From positions 1-56,448 of the IMG/VR virus record IMGVR_UViG_3300046777_001585: a stretch of DNA of 56,448 bases; one strand, 5' to 3'. Source of the DNA: a virus. Taxonomy: Duplodnaviria > Caudoviricetes. Each line of letters begins with the position of its first letter. Positions within the stretch are counted from its first letter, which is position 1. The notes beneath the pieces were generated by a model. That model worked only from the letters and a program-made list of their open reading frames with translations, was not told the origin of the DNA and searched no databases. A program made the translations under genes and the position numbers. Positions 1 through 8,968 of the stretch are shown one piece after another.

Positions 1-2553
1 CCCGTTACTCCGCCTGCAACCCCACCGGCCCCGTCTCCCGCGCCGTCTTCGACTCCCCCCAGCGGCGGCATATATACTCCCGGCCCGACACCGCCCCCCA
101 GCGGCGGCATATATACTCCCGGCCCGGCAACGCCGCCTGTCGCCCCGACTATTCCAAACCCGACGGTTACTCCGCCGGTAACACCGCCGGTAACACCGCC
201 TGTCACCCCGGAGACTCCGGCAACCCCTCCGGTAACACCTCCCGTCACTCCGCCGGTAACACCCCCGGCAACCCCTCCGGTAACACCCCCCGTCACTCCG
301 GAGACTCCGGTAACCCCACCGGTAACCCCACCGGTAACCCCACCGGCTACTCCGCCCGCCACGCCGGCTACTCCAGCGTTCAGGCCCGCGCGCGGGAACA
401 CGTTGATCAATGGGGACATGCAGCGTGACAGCGAGGGCCTCATCCTAGACACGCAGGGAAATCGCGTAGCGGCGGGGACGGTCATCGACCTTGGAGCGGG
501 CGGCAAGTTCTACGTAGGCGCTGACGGCAAGCTGTCCGCTAACGACCCAAATGTCGTTCCCCTTGCACCCTCTGGGCAACTTGTTGCACCCACGGGGGCT
601 TACTTATCCACGGCGGCGCAAAAGCAAGCTTTCACGGCAGGAGCCAATGCCGCGGGGATGAAGGAAGATTCCACGGGAAGGCTGTTTTATGCCAACGGAA
701 CGGTTGTTCCAGAGGGAACAGTCATATCGTCTGCCCCCGGATCTTTTGCGGGATCTACGCTTGGCTACAGGGTAGGGGCAAACGGAAGGGCGTCTTTATT
801 CCTAAACCTACCCGGAGTTCCCGGATTTTCAGGACCTCCGGAAGTAAAGCAATATGTCGGACCCGGCATTGCAAAGGCCTTTGACCTTGGGGGTCGTGAC
901 GTTAACCAAGTCCTGAGCGAAACGCTTCCTCCTCTTTACATAGATGGGAAGAAAAACACGAACGTCACGCTTCAGCAAATCGACGACGAGATATTCAGAA
1001 AAACCCTTCGCACGGGGTATGCCCCAGTCGCCGCTGGGACAAAAAAAGAGGAATACGGAAATCTAGGCTTTGGCCAGGCCTTTGCCGGGGGCAATGTTGC
1101 CATCCCAAATACTAAAGGCGCGGGCCTTTGGGCAGCGGGCCTTGATCCAGACGACCCCTCTGTTGGTCTTCGAATCGAGCGTTGGGCGCGTGAAAACCCT
1201 TGGGGCGCTGAAAATGTCAACGATTTCTATAAGACCTTTGGCATTGACAGGGCCACTCTTACTAACGAGGAGAAAAGAAAATATCAGCTAGAAGCGGTTG
1301 ATTGGTATTTTCGAAATAAAGGCCAAATGGCCCCTGTTCCATACGGAAGCGATGAATATGTTGCTCAAAACATAAACAGAATTCATCGCCGTACCGGCTA
1401 CGTACCAATCCCTCAAGGAACCGTCATCAACGGTGTCACGCTTGGCGGCGGCCTTGGAGCGAGCAACGATAACCCCAATACATTAAACGCGACTTATGGC
1501 GGTTTGATTGGAATTGGGATTGACCCATACGACCCCGCGCTGTGGCAAAGGCTTGACCTGCTTGTTCGAAACGACAACAAGATAGGCGGAGAAATCGGCG
1601 GCAAACTTGCCGAGTATTTCAGCAAGAATCCGAGAACGGGGACTAGCGCCGACCTTATCAACGGAGTGGACTGGTACTACCGCGACCTTGGTCGCCGGAT
1701 GGACAAGGACAACTCATTCTTTGGGTCGCTGGTCGGGAAGATTATTGGCATTGGCCTGACAACCGTTGCGGGCGTTATTAACCCGTGGCTTGGTGCTGCA
1801 GTAGGAGCAGGAATTGGCGTGGCCAGCGGCGGCGGATTCTTGGGCGCACTGATGGGCGGACTTGGTGGGTATGGCTGGGGCAACATCCTTGGCAAGGCCG
1901 GGATTAACCTCAACAACATCGTCAAGATTCCGATTATCCAGAAGCTGGGCATCCTGCCCTCCCCATCTACTGCGTTTGGAGTGGAAGCTCTTCAGGCACT
2001 CCTGTCGAGTCCCGTCGAACTTGGGAAGAAGTTTGCAGGAAGTCTGGCCGGTGTTGCGTGGGACGAGTTGACTGAAGAGGACAAGCGTCAGATGTCTGAC
2101 CTTGCCATCGAGATGAACGTCCCAATCGCCCAGTTCAAGGCAGGCATGAGACAGCCTGGCGCTGCATCCCCTGCGCCTTCCCCGTCTCCTTCCCCGTCTC
2201 CTTCCCCGTCCCCCGCGCCGTCTTCGACTCCCAGTGTCGGCCCAAGAGGGATAGTGGACTTATCAAGCTACGCCTTGGCCAATGGCCTTATCAAAAGGGC
2301 AACGGGAGGCGAGGTCACAAGCCCGTGGGCCTCGGACCTTGAGCAGTTGACCAAGGGATGGGATCAAAAGCAGCAGTCTTTGGAAGATAAGTTTTCTCAG
2401 ATGACGAATGACCAGTTCATCCAACAGGCGGACGCAAGCTCGTCGCAGGCTGCTCCCGGCGAGGCGAAAAAGGATTACACTGACTTAATGTCACCGACGC
2501 CTAACGCCATGGCGTCGGCGGGCATTAACTCGTTCATCAAGAGCTACGGATAA
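1..2553 (+). CDS. 5'-truncated large virion-associated/cargo-like protein with Pro/Thr-rich repeats and a glycine-zipper segment
   Basis: Frame 1 is open from base 1 (PVTPPATPP...), so the 403 TTG is probably not the start. It contains (VTPP)n repeats, a hydrophobic GxxxG stretch and a RATGGEV motif, and ends 4 nt before the portal. Confidence 0.65.
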   Translation, partial: PVTPPATPPAPSPAPSSTPPSGGIYTPGPTPPPSGGIYTPGPATPPVAPTIPNPTVTPPVTPPVTPPVTPETPATPPVTPPVTPPVTPPATPPVTPPVTPETPVTPPVTPPVTPPATPPATPATPAFRPARGNTLINGDMQRDSEGLILDTQGNRVAAGTVIDLGAGGKFYVGADGKLSANDPNVVPLAPSGQLVAPTGAYLSTAAQKQAFTAGANAAGMKEDSTGRLFYANGTVVPEGTVISSAPGSFAGSTLGYRVGANGRASLFLNLPGVPGFSGPPEVKQYVGPGIAKAFDLGGRDVNQVLSETLPPLYIDGKKNTNVTLQQIDDEIFRKTLRTGYAPVAAGTKKEEYGNLGFGQAFAGGNVAIPNTKGAGLWAAGLDPDDPSVGLRIERWARENPWGAENVNDFYKTFGIDRATLTNEEKRKYQLEAVDWYFRNKGQMAPVPYGSDEYVAQNINRIHRRTGYVPIPQGTVINGVTLGGGLGASNDNPNTLNATYGGLIGIGIDPYDPALWQRLDLLVRNDNKIGGEIGGKLAEYFSKNPRTGTSADLINGVDWYYRDLGRRMDKDNSFFGSLVGKIIGIGLTTVAGVINPWLGAAVGAGIGVASGGGFLGALMGGLGGYGWGNILGKAGINLNNIVKIPIIQKLGILPSPSTAFGVEALQALLSSPVELGKKFAGSLAGVAWDELTEEDKRQMSDLAIEMNVPIAQFKAGMRQPGAASPAPSPSPSPSPSPSPAPSSTPSVGPRGIVDLSSYALANGLIKRATGGEVTSPWASDLEQLTKGWDQKQQSLEDKFSQMTNDQFIQQADASSSQAAPGEAKKDYTDLMSPTPNAMASAGINSFIKSYG
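163..378 (+). repeat. Degenerate 12-bp tandem repeat encoding (V/A)TPP
   Basis: Repeated ccggtaacacc/ccggtaacccca units. A 39-bp-period duplication (agcggcggcatatatactcccggcccg) also occurs at 61 and 100. Confidence 0.85.
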
Positions 2554-2557
2554 CCCA

Positions 2558-4942
2558 ATGCCTATAGACAAAGCACTGAATCCTGCGCCTTCACTCGAAA
2601 TTATCGCGGTGACGGACGAGGAACCCGATATTGAGATCGTGATTGACCCTGATGGGGGCGCGACGATTGAGATAGGGTCCTCGGACCAAGGACCAAGGGA
2701 CTTTTACGAGAACCTTGCCGAGGTGGTAGACCCTTCAGTGCTGTCCAGGATTGCGTTGGACTTGCTGGATCTGTACGAATCGGACAAGGCTAGCCGGGGA
2801 GATTGGGAGACCCAGTACACGAAGGGCCTTGAGCTGTTGGGTTTGAAGATGGAAGAGCGCACCAAGCCCTTCCGTGGAGCCTCGGGTGCCGCGCATCCCA
2901 TGCTCACAGAGGCGATTGTGCAGTTCCAAGCGCAGGCATTTAAGGAATTGATGCCCGCTGGAGGCCCTGTCAGGACGCAGATTGTTGGTAAAGAGACCTT
3001 GGACAAGGTCCAGCAGGCCGCTCGCGTTCAAGATTTCATGAACTATCAGATCACAACGGTGATGGCTGAGTACACACCGGAGATGGACCAGGCGCTTTTC
3101 TACCTGGGCTACGGTGGATCTGTGTTCAAGAAGACGTATTTCGACGCCACGCGCGGTCGGATGGTTAGTAAATTGGTCTTGGCGGATGATTTGATCATCC
3201 CGTACAACGGTTCGAGCGTGATAAGTGAGTGCCCACGCATTACTCACCGCATCGCGATGTACGAAAACGACTTCAAGAAGCGCGTTTGGTCTGGGGAATA
3301 TCTGGACTACACATTCTTTCCGTCCCCGTCCCCCGAATCTCCGTCAGAAATCCAGTCTGGGATTAACAGACTGGTGGGCATTGAGCCTTCCAGCCGCACA
3401 GACGAACTGTTTCTGCTGGAATTTCACGTCGATCTCGACATTGAGGGCTTTGAAGACGAGGACGAAGACGGAAATTTGACCGGGATCAAGCGTCCCTACG
3501 TCGTTACCGTCGAAGAAAACAGCGGAAAAATTGTTGGAGTTCGCAGGAACTGGGAAGAAGGCGACGAACTCAAGCAACGAATCGAATATTTCGTTCATTA
3601 CGTGCTGGTCGAGGGCCCTGGAGCATACGGCTTGGGCTTTGTGCACCTGATTGGAGGCCTTTCCAAGGCTGCGACCTCGGCACTTCGTCAGCTTTTGGAT
3701 GCAGGAACGCTCGCAAACCTGCCTGCGGGCTTCAAAGCCAAGGGTGCGCGGATCGCGGACGACGATAATCCCATCCAGCCGGGCGAGTGGAGGGATATTG
3801 ACGCGGGCGGCGCGGAACTTTCGGCCTCTCTGCTGCCGCTTCCGTACAAAGAGCCCAGCCAGACGCTATTCCAGCTGCTCGGATTTACGGTCGAGGCCGG
3901 CCAGCGCCTTGCCAGCATTGCTGACATGCAGGTTGGAGACGGAAATCAGCAGGCGGCGGTAGGAACTACGCTGGCGTTGCTGGAACGCGGCTCGATGGTG
4001 ATGTCCGCCATCCACAAGCGCCTGCACTATTCGCAGAAACTAGAGTTTGAGATGCTCGCGCGCGGGTTCGCGCGGTGTTTGCCAGACTCCTACCCCTATG
4101 ACGTGCCGGGTGCAAGCCGCACCATCAAGCGTTACGACTTCAACAACATGGTCGCGGTGCTTCCAGTATCCGACCCGAACATCTTCTCGAGCGCCCAGCG
4201 TCTTACGCTGGCGCAGATGCAGCTTGAAATGGCGCAGAGCGCGCCGCAGATGCACAACCTGTACGAAGCCTACTATCGCGTCTACTCCGCGATGAACGTG
4301 CGGGACATCGATGGCATTCTGAGGCCTCAGAACACGCAGATGCCCAAGGATCCAGCCTCTGAAAACTCCTCTGTCATGGACTTGATGGAGCTAAAGGCGT
4401 TTGCAGGCCAGCACCATGATGCCCACATCATGGCGCACTTGCTGATGGGGATGTCTCCCCTCATCCAATCCATTCCTCAGGCGGCGATCATCTTGCAGAA
4501 GCATGTGTTTGATCACATTCGCTTGAAGGCGGAAGAGGATGCGGAGGCGGAACTCTTTCGCCAGTACGGGAAAGACCCTGAAAGACTTGTCTCCGACATC
4601 CAGAGAGAAGGCCTGGTCGCGACGCTTATCGCCAAGAACCTGCAAGAAGCCAAGGCCCTGCAGGAACAGTTGGCTGGTATGGGCCAGGCGCAGGCTCCGC
4701 AGCAGGACCCGGTGGTCATGCTGAAGGAAAAGGAGCTGGAACTTCGTGCGCAGCAGGATCAAGCGAAGATGCAGATCGAACAGGCGAAGATGCAGCAGAA
4801 TGCACAGATTCAGCAGCAGCGTATTCAGTCCCAAGAGAAGATTGCGCAGGCTCGCGTGGATGTCTCGCGCGAAAGAGCAGCAATGATGAACGAACAAATT
4901 CAAGGAGCACAACAAAATGCCGCTCAAAAAGGGTCGCAGTAA
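2558..4942 (+). CDS. Portal protein
   Basis: 794 aa with HPMLTEAIVQFQAQA, YGLGFVHLIGG and RQLLDAGTLANLPAGFKA motifs and a Q-rich C-terminal coiled coil, typical of P22/HTVC010P-like portals. It heads the head module. Confidence 0.9.
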   Translation: MPIDKALNPAPSLEIIAVTDEEPDIEIVIDPDGGATIEIGSSDQGPRDFYENLAEVVDPSVLSRIALDLLDLYESDKASRGDWETQYTKGLELLGLKMEERTKPFRGASGAAHPMLTEAIVQFQAQAFKELMPAGGPVRTQIVGKETLDKVQQAARVQDFMNYQITTVMAEYTPEMDQALFYLGYGGSVFKKTYFDATRGRMVSKLVLADDLIIPYNGSSVISECPRITHRIAMYENDFKKRVWSGEYLDYTFFPSPSPESPSEIQSGINRLVGIEPSSRTDELFLLEFHVDLDIEGFEDEDEDGNLTGIKRPYVVTVEENSGKIVGVRRNWEEGDELKQRIEYFVHYVLVEGPGAYGLGFVHLIGGLSKAATSALRQLLDAGTLANLPAGFKAKGARIADDDNPIQPGEWRDIDAGGAELSASLLPLPYKEPSQTLFQLLGFTVEAGQRLASIADMQVGDGNQQAAVGTTLALLERGSMVMSAIHKRLHYSQKLEFEMLARGFARCLPDSYPYDVPGASRTIKRYDFNNMVAVLPVSDPNIFSSAQRLTLAQMQLEMAQSAPQMHNLYEAYYRVYSAMNVRDIDGILRPQNTQMPKDPASENSSVMDLMELKAFAGQHHDAHIMAHLLMGMSPLIQSIPQAAIILQKHVFDHIRLKAEEDAEAELFRQYGKDPERLVSDIQREGLVATLIAKNLQEAKALQEQLAGMGQAQAPQQDPVVMLKEKELELRAQQDQAKMQIEQAKMQQNAQIQQQRIQSQEKIAQARVDVSRERAAMMNEQIQGAQQNAAQKGSQ

Positions 4943-5159
4943 AAAGGTCATTGGCGGCAACATCGGCGAGATGGTGCGGAAGTTCAAAAAGACCGGGAAG
5001 ATTGGAACTAGTAGCCCAGGTGGCCTGAAGTCTGCTGTTTCGCAGGCCGCGGCGATTGCGTATTCAAAAGCGGGCAAAGCCAAGACCAAAAAAAGCATGG
5101 GCGGCGCAGTTAGGTCTGTTGTTCGCAGGGACGGAAGGACCCCGACCAAGATTTATTGA
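4917..5159 (+). CDS. Small basic (Lys-rich) virion protein
   Basis: MPLKKGRSKKVIGGNIGEM...QAAAIAYSKAG is a common small basic phage family. SD aggag; overlaps the portal end by 26 nt; contains KSMGGAV. Confidence 0.75.
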   Translation: MPLKKGRSKKVIGGNIGEMVRKFKKTGKIGTSSPGGLKSAVSQAAAIAYSKAGKAKTKKSMGGAVRSVVRRDGRTPTKIY

Positions 5160-5169
5160 GTGATTTTTC

Positions 5170-5252
5170 TTGCCATGGTGCGGCATTCGCTGCACCATGG
5201 CGACGCCTTCAGACGTGGCCTAATTCGTCTGCTTTACATGGGAACTGCCATG
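5170..5252 (+). promoter_or_regulatory. Putative sigma70 promoter inside a palindrome, followed by an H-type pseudoknot leader
   Basis: TTGCCA-17-CACCAT (5170-5198) lies within the inverted repeat 5172-5184/5189-5201. It is followed by GCC/GGC plus CAGACG/CGTCTG (pseudoknot) and a CATGG/CCATG hairpin over the start codon. Confidence 0.45.
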
Positions 5253-5441
5253 CTTGAATTTGCAGAAAGTCTCCTCAAGGAGATACGAAAGCTACAGGCT
5301 GACACGGAAGCGTTTGTCCTTAACGGCAACATTGCCGACATGGAGCGTTATCGCTTCATGATGGGCCGTCTTGAAGGCTTAAAAATGGTTGATGCGATTA
5401 CCAGAGATCTTCTGGCTAAGCGTAGCGACGATGATTTTTAA
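5250..5441 (+). CDS. Small conserved head-module protein
   Basis: MLEFAESLLKEIRK...MERYRFMMGRLEGL; the usual small gene ahead of phage GroES. Confidence 0.7.
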   Translation: MLEFAESLLKEIRKLQADTEAFVLNGNIADMERYRFMMGRLEGLKMVDAITRDLLAKRSDDDF

Positions 5442-5458
5442 CCGGAAGGAGGGCACTG

Positions 5459-5932
5459 ATGACAACTGCATCTGAAGAAAAGCCGATGACGGCGCTTGAG
5501 CAGAAGTGGAAGGAAGCTGGCGAGGGCAAAAGCCCTGCGTTGGACGACGCTTATGACGCTGAAGGCAAGTTTCAGCCGGAAAAGCTTGGGACCGCGCTGC
5601 GAGATTTAGTTCCAACCCCAGTAGGCTGGCGAATTGCCATTCTTCCCTACCGTGGACCCGAAAAAACCAAAGGCGGAATTGTTCTGGCGGACGAAACGCA
5701 GCGTCGAACGCAGCTTGCTACGACGTGTGGTTACGTTTTGAAGCTAGGGGACCTCGCCTACAAGGATGAGTCCAAGTTTCCTTCCGGCCCGTGGTGCGCG
5801 GAAGGTGATTGGATCATTTTCGGGCGCTATGCGGGTTCTAGGATCAGCATTGACGGCGGAGAAATTCGTATCTTGAACGACGATGAAATCATCGGGCGTA
5901 TTAACGACCCCGAAGATATTCTTCACATGTGA
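5459..5932 (+). CDS. groES: Co-chaperonin GroES (Cpn10)
   Basis: PVGWRIAI, KTKGGIVL, GDWIIFGRYAG and RILNDDEIIG match Cpn10 motifs. SD ggaggg. Confidence 0.92.
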   Translation: MTTASEEKPMTALEQKWKEAGEGKSPALDDAYDAEGKFQPEKLGTALRDLVPTPVGWRIAILPYRGPEKTKGGIVLADETQRRTQLATTCGYVLKLGDLAYKDESKFPSGPWCAEGDWIIFGRYAGSRISIDGGEIRILNDDEIIGRINDPEDILHM

Positions 5933-5943
5933 GGAGCATGCAA

Positions 5944-6813
5944 ATGTCAGACGATGAAATGCAGTTTAACGTAGGGGAAGACGAATCCCCTGCCACGGTC
6001 ACCTTGAACCCCACTGAGGGGAACAAGGTTGAGGCGGTTGTTGAGGAGGGCGAGCTTGACCAGTACAGCGATAAGGTTAAGCGGCGCATTGACAAGCTGA
6101 CGGCTCGGTTGCGGGAGACCGAACGCCGTGAACAGGCGGCCTTGGAGTATGCCAAGGGCGCGCAGCAGCGTGCGCACGAGCTGGAGAGGCAGTATCAGCG
6201 CACGGATTACGCGCGGTTGAATGAGGCGAACACTCGCCTAGAGAGCCAGGCTTTGGCCCTGAAGCAGATTATCCGCAAGGCCCGTGAAGAGGGCGACGTG
6301 GATACTGAAACAGAGGCTCAGCAGCGCCTGACATCGATTATGCTCGAGAAACAGCAGGTAGTTAACGTTGCAGCTCAGCGTGAAGCGTATCTGAACCAGC
6401 CGCAGCAGCAGGTCGCGCCGCAACAGCAGACACCGCGGCCCGCGCAGCGTCAGCCCGACCCCAAGGCGGAGGACTGGGCGGAGCGTAACCAGTGGTTTGG
6501 GCGGGACACGGTCCTGACCCACGCGGCATGGGGCGTTCACAAGGAGATGGTTCAAAAGGAAGGATTTGACCCCCAGTCAGATGACTACTATGATGAACTT
6601 GACAAACGCATGAGAGACCTTTTTCCACAAAAGTTTGAAAGTGCGTCAACTAATTCCAGGAGCTATCGGCCCGTGCAAACGGTAGCTCCTGCGGCCCGAT
6701 CAATGGGCGCAGTACATGCACGCCGCACTGTCCGGTTGACTCCGAGCCAGGTTGCGATTGCCAAAAAGTTGGGTGTTCCGCTAGAGGAATACGCCAAGTA
6801 CGTGAAGGAGTAG
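5944..6813 (+). CDS. Putative scaffolding protein
   Basis: Acidic N-terminus, coiled coil, WAERNQWFG, and C-terminal VRLTPSQVAIAKKLGVPLEEYAKY. Lies between GroES and capsid; SD gaggag is 7 nt before the ATG at 5944. Confidence 0.7.
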   Translation: MSDDEMQFNVGEDESPATVTLNPTEGNKVEAVVEEGELDQYSDKVKRRIDKLTARLRETERREQAALEYAKGAQQRAHELERQYQRTDYARLNEANTRLESQALALKQIIRKAREEGDVDTETEAQQRLTSIMLEKQQVVNVAAQREAYLNQPQQQVAPQQQTPRPAQRQPDPKAEDWAERNQWFGRDTVLTHAAWGVHKEMVQKEGFDPQSDDYYDELDKRMRDLFPQKFESASTNSRSYRPVQTVAPAARSMGAVHARRTVRLTPSQVAIAKKLGVPLEEYAKYVKE

Positions 6814-6816
6814 GAA

Positions 6817-7296
6817 ATGTCCGACGCTTTTGATGTGCCAAAATTGAATCGCACCGCTCGCGAGACTCGCGAAGCGACTGCGCGCCGCAAGCCTTGGGCT
6901 CCCCCTTCCCGTCTTGATGCGCCGCCCGCTCCCGCCGGATACAAACACCGGTGGATTAGAGCAGAAGCCGGTGGTCAGGAAGACCGAATCAACATTGCTG
7001 GTAAGCTTCGAGAAGGCTACGAGCTTGTTCGTTCGGAAGAGTACCCTGACTTCACTGCCCCGTCAGTTGAAGACGGTCGTCACGCTGGGGTTCTCAGCGT
7101 TGGCGGGCTCCTTCTTGCTCGAATCCCTGAAGAATCCGTTGATGAACGCAGGGCATACTATTCTTCCCGCACCCACGACCAGCTTAAGGCTGTCGATAAC
7201 GACCTTTTGAAGTCAAATTCGCATTCATCGATGCGGATTGACCGACCGTCGCGGCAGACCAAAGTATCTTTTGGGGGGCCGAAAGGCTCCAATTAG
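6817..7296 (+). CDS. Conserved head-module protein
   Basis: KPWAPPSRLDAP...YKHRWIR...GGLLLARIPEE; a conserved gene upstream of the capsid in this phage group. Confidence 0.75.
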   Translation: MSDAFDVPKLNRTARETREATARRKPWAPPSRLDAPPAPAGYKHRWIRAEAGGQEDRINIAGKLREGYELVRSEEYPDFTAPSVEDGRHAGVLSVGGLLLARIPEESVDERRAYYSSRTHDQLKAVDNDLLKSNSHSSMRIDRPSRQTKVSFGGPKGSN

Positions 7297-7318
7297 TAAC
7301 ATTTTTGAGGAATAGACA

Positions 7319-7897
7319 ATGGCAAATGTCGATAAAGCATTTGGTCTGCGTCCGCTGGGTAATCTTTCTGCGACTGGCGCTCAGAAGCAGTACGGTTATG
7401 AAATTGCGGACAACCAGTCCGGTGCCATCTACCAGGGTGACCTTGTCACCATTGTTGATGGCTACATCGTGAAGTTCGTGCCCGCCACCCACTCGGCGGC
7501 GCTCGGTGTTTTTAACGGTTGCAACTACATTGACCCGTCGTCGGGCAAGCCGACCTGGAAGAACTACTATCCGGGCAGCGTTAACATTACGTCGGGCAAG
7601 ATTACTGCCGACGTTCTTGACGACCCGAACCAGCTTTTCCTTATTCAGGCGGATGAGGACATCGTTCAGGGCGACATTGGCAAGAATGCGGATGTGGTCG
7701 GCACTGGTGGTAGCACCACCACCGGCGTTTCCACGATGGAGCTTGATTCTTCCACGATTGCCGACACGGCTGCCCTTAATCTTAAGATTGTTGGGCTGTG
7801 GAATACTCCCGGCAATGAGCTGGGTAACTACGCAGTTGTCGTTGTGAAGATCAACGAGCACCTGTACGGTTCCACCGGCGTCAAGGCTGTGACCTAA
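7319..7897 (+). CDS. Probable capsid decoration/minor capsid protein
   Basis: MANVDKAFGLRP..., IYQGDLV, DDPNQLF; beta-rich, directly upstream of the MCP, with highly expressed codon usage. Confidence 0.65.
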   Translation: MANVDKAFGLRPLGNLSATGAQKQYGYEIADNQSGAIYQGDLVTIVDGYIVKFVPATHSAALGVFNGCNYIDPSSGKPTWKNYYPGSVNITSGKITADVLDDPNQLFLIQADEDIVQGDIGKNADVVGTGGSTTTGVSTMELDSSTIADTAALNLKIVGLWNTPGNELGNYAVVVVKINEHLYGSTGVKAVT

Positions 7898-7910
7898 GAG
7901 GTAATTACAA

Positions 7911-8819
7911 ATGGCAATTTCACGCGCACAGCTTGTAAAAGAACTTGAGCCGGGTTTGAACGCCCTGTTCGGTCTTGAGTACAAGAACTACGAGAACGAA
8001 CACACGGAAATCTACGACATCGAGTCGTCTGACCGTGCGTTTGAAGAAGAAGTGATGGAAGCCGGCTTTGGCGAGGCTCCGGTGAAGAACGAAGGCGCTG
8101 GCGTCGCTTACGACCAGGCGCAGGAAGTCTACACCGCCCGCTACACGCACGAGACCATCGCCCTGGCGTTCAGCCTGACCGAAGAAGCGGTTGAGGACAA
8201 CCTCTACGACCGCCTGTCGGCTCGCTACACGAAGGCGCTGGCCCGTTCCATGGCTACCACCAAGCAGATCAAGGCCGCTTCCGTGTTGAACGGTGCCTTC
8301 GACACCTCTCTGGGTGGTGACGGCAAGCCCCTCTGCGCGACGGACCACCCGACCCTGTCGGGACCGGACCTGCGCAACGAGCTTGAGACGGCGGCGGACC
8401 TTTCGGAAACTTCCCTTGAGCAGGCGCTCATTGACATCGCGGCGTTCACTGACGAACGCGGTCTCAAGATTGCCGTTCAGGGCCTGAAGCTGCTTATTCC
8501 GAAGGAACTTCAGTTCACGGCGGATCGTATCCTGAAGTCCACACTCCGTGTCGGCACTGCGGACAACGACATCAACGCTATTCGCAACATGGGCATGATT
8601 CCCCAGGGCTACACGGTCAACCATTACCTGACCGACCCCGATGCGTGGTTTGTTAAGACCGACGCACCGAACGGGATGAAGATGTTCCAGCGTGTTTCGA
8701 TCAAGACTGGCTTCGAAGGCGACTTCGACACCGGCAATGTTCGATACAAGGCTCGTGAGCGCTACAGCTTCGGCTTCAGCGATCCGCGCGGCATCTTTGG
8801 GTCGCCTGGTTCGGCCTAA
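7911..8819 (+). CDS. Major capsid protein (HK97 fold, Mu gpT/HTVC010P-like)
   Basis: MAISRAQLVKELEPGLNALFGLEY, TEEAVEDNLY and KARERYSFG; strong SD gaggt; followed by a terminator. Confidence 0.92.
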   Translation: MAISRAQLVKELEPGLNALFGLEYKNYENEHTEIYDIESSDRAFEEEVMEAGFGEAPVKNEGAGVAYDQAQEVYTARYTHETIALAFSLTEEAVEDNLYDRLSARYTKALARSMATTKQIKAASVLNGAFDTSLGGDGKPLCATDHPTLSGPDLRNELETAADLSETSLEQALIDIAAFTDERGLKIAVQGLKLLIPKELQFTADRILKSTLRVGTADNDINAIRNMGMIPQGYTVNHYLTDPDAWFVKTDAPNGMKMFQRVSIKTGFEGDFDTGNVRYKARERYSFGFSDPRGIFGSPGSA

Positions 8820-8840
8820 CCTGGGAGAAATCCTTGAATT

Positions 8841-8867
8841 AAGGGGGCTGTCAAAGCCCCCTTTTTT
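8841..8867 (+). terminator. Rho-independent terminator after the MCP
   Basis: aagggggct-gtcaa-agccccctt followed by a T-run. Confidence 0.85.
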
Positions 8868-8886
8868 CATCTAGACTCTGACTTAT

Positions 8887-8954
8887 CTAGGGTTTTTTTA
8901 CCTGTGCCGACTGTCCTAGCAGACTTTGTAGAGACGGTACAGGAAGTGCTACAA
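8887..8954 (+). ncRNA. Candidate structured RNA: three-way junction with two pseudoknots
   Basis: P1 8901-09/8935-43, P2 8911-13/8920-22, P3 8924-25/8932-33. Loop UCCUAG pairs with 8887-92 and loop UUGUAG pairs with 8949-54. Confidence 0.65.
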
Positions 8955-8968
8955 CACGAGGATAAAAC

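Noticed and set aside
7184-8870. Long antisense ORFs (266 and 316 aa) opposite the capsid genes, and similar ones elsewhere
   Set aside because: Shadow ORFs caused by strong codon bias in GC-rich genes; no RBS or motifs.
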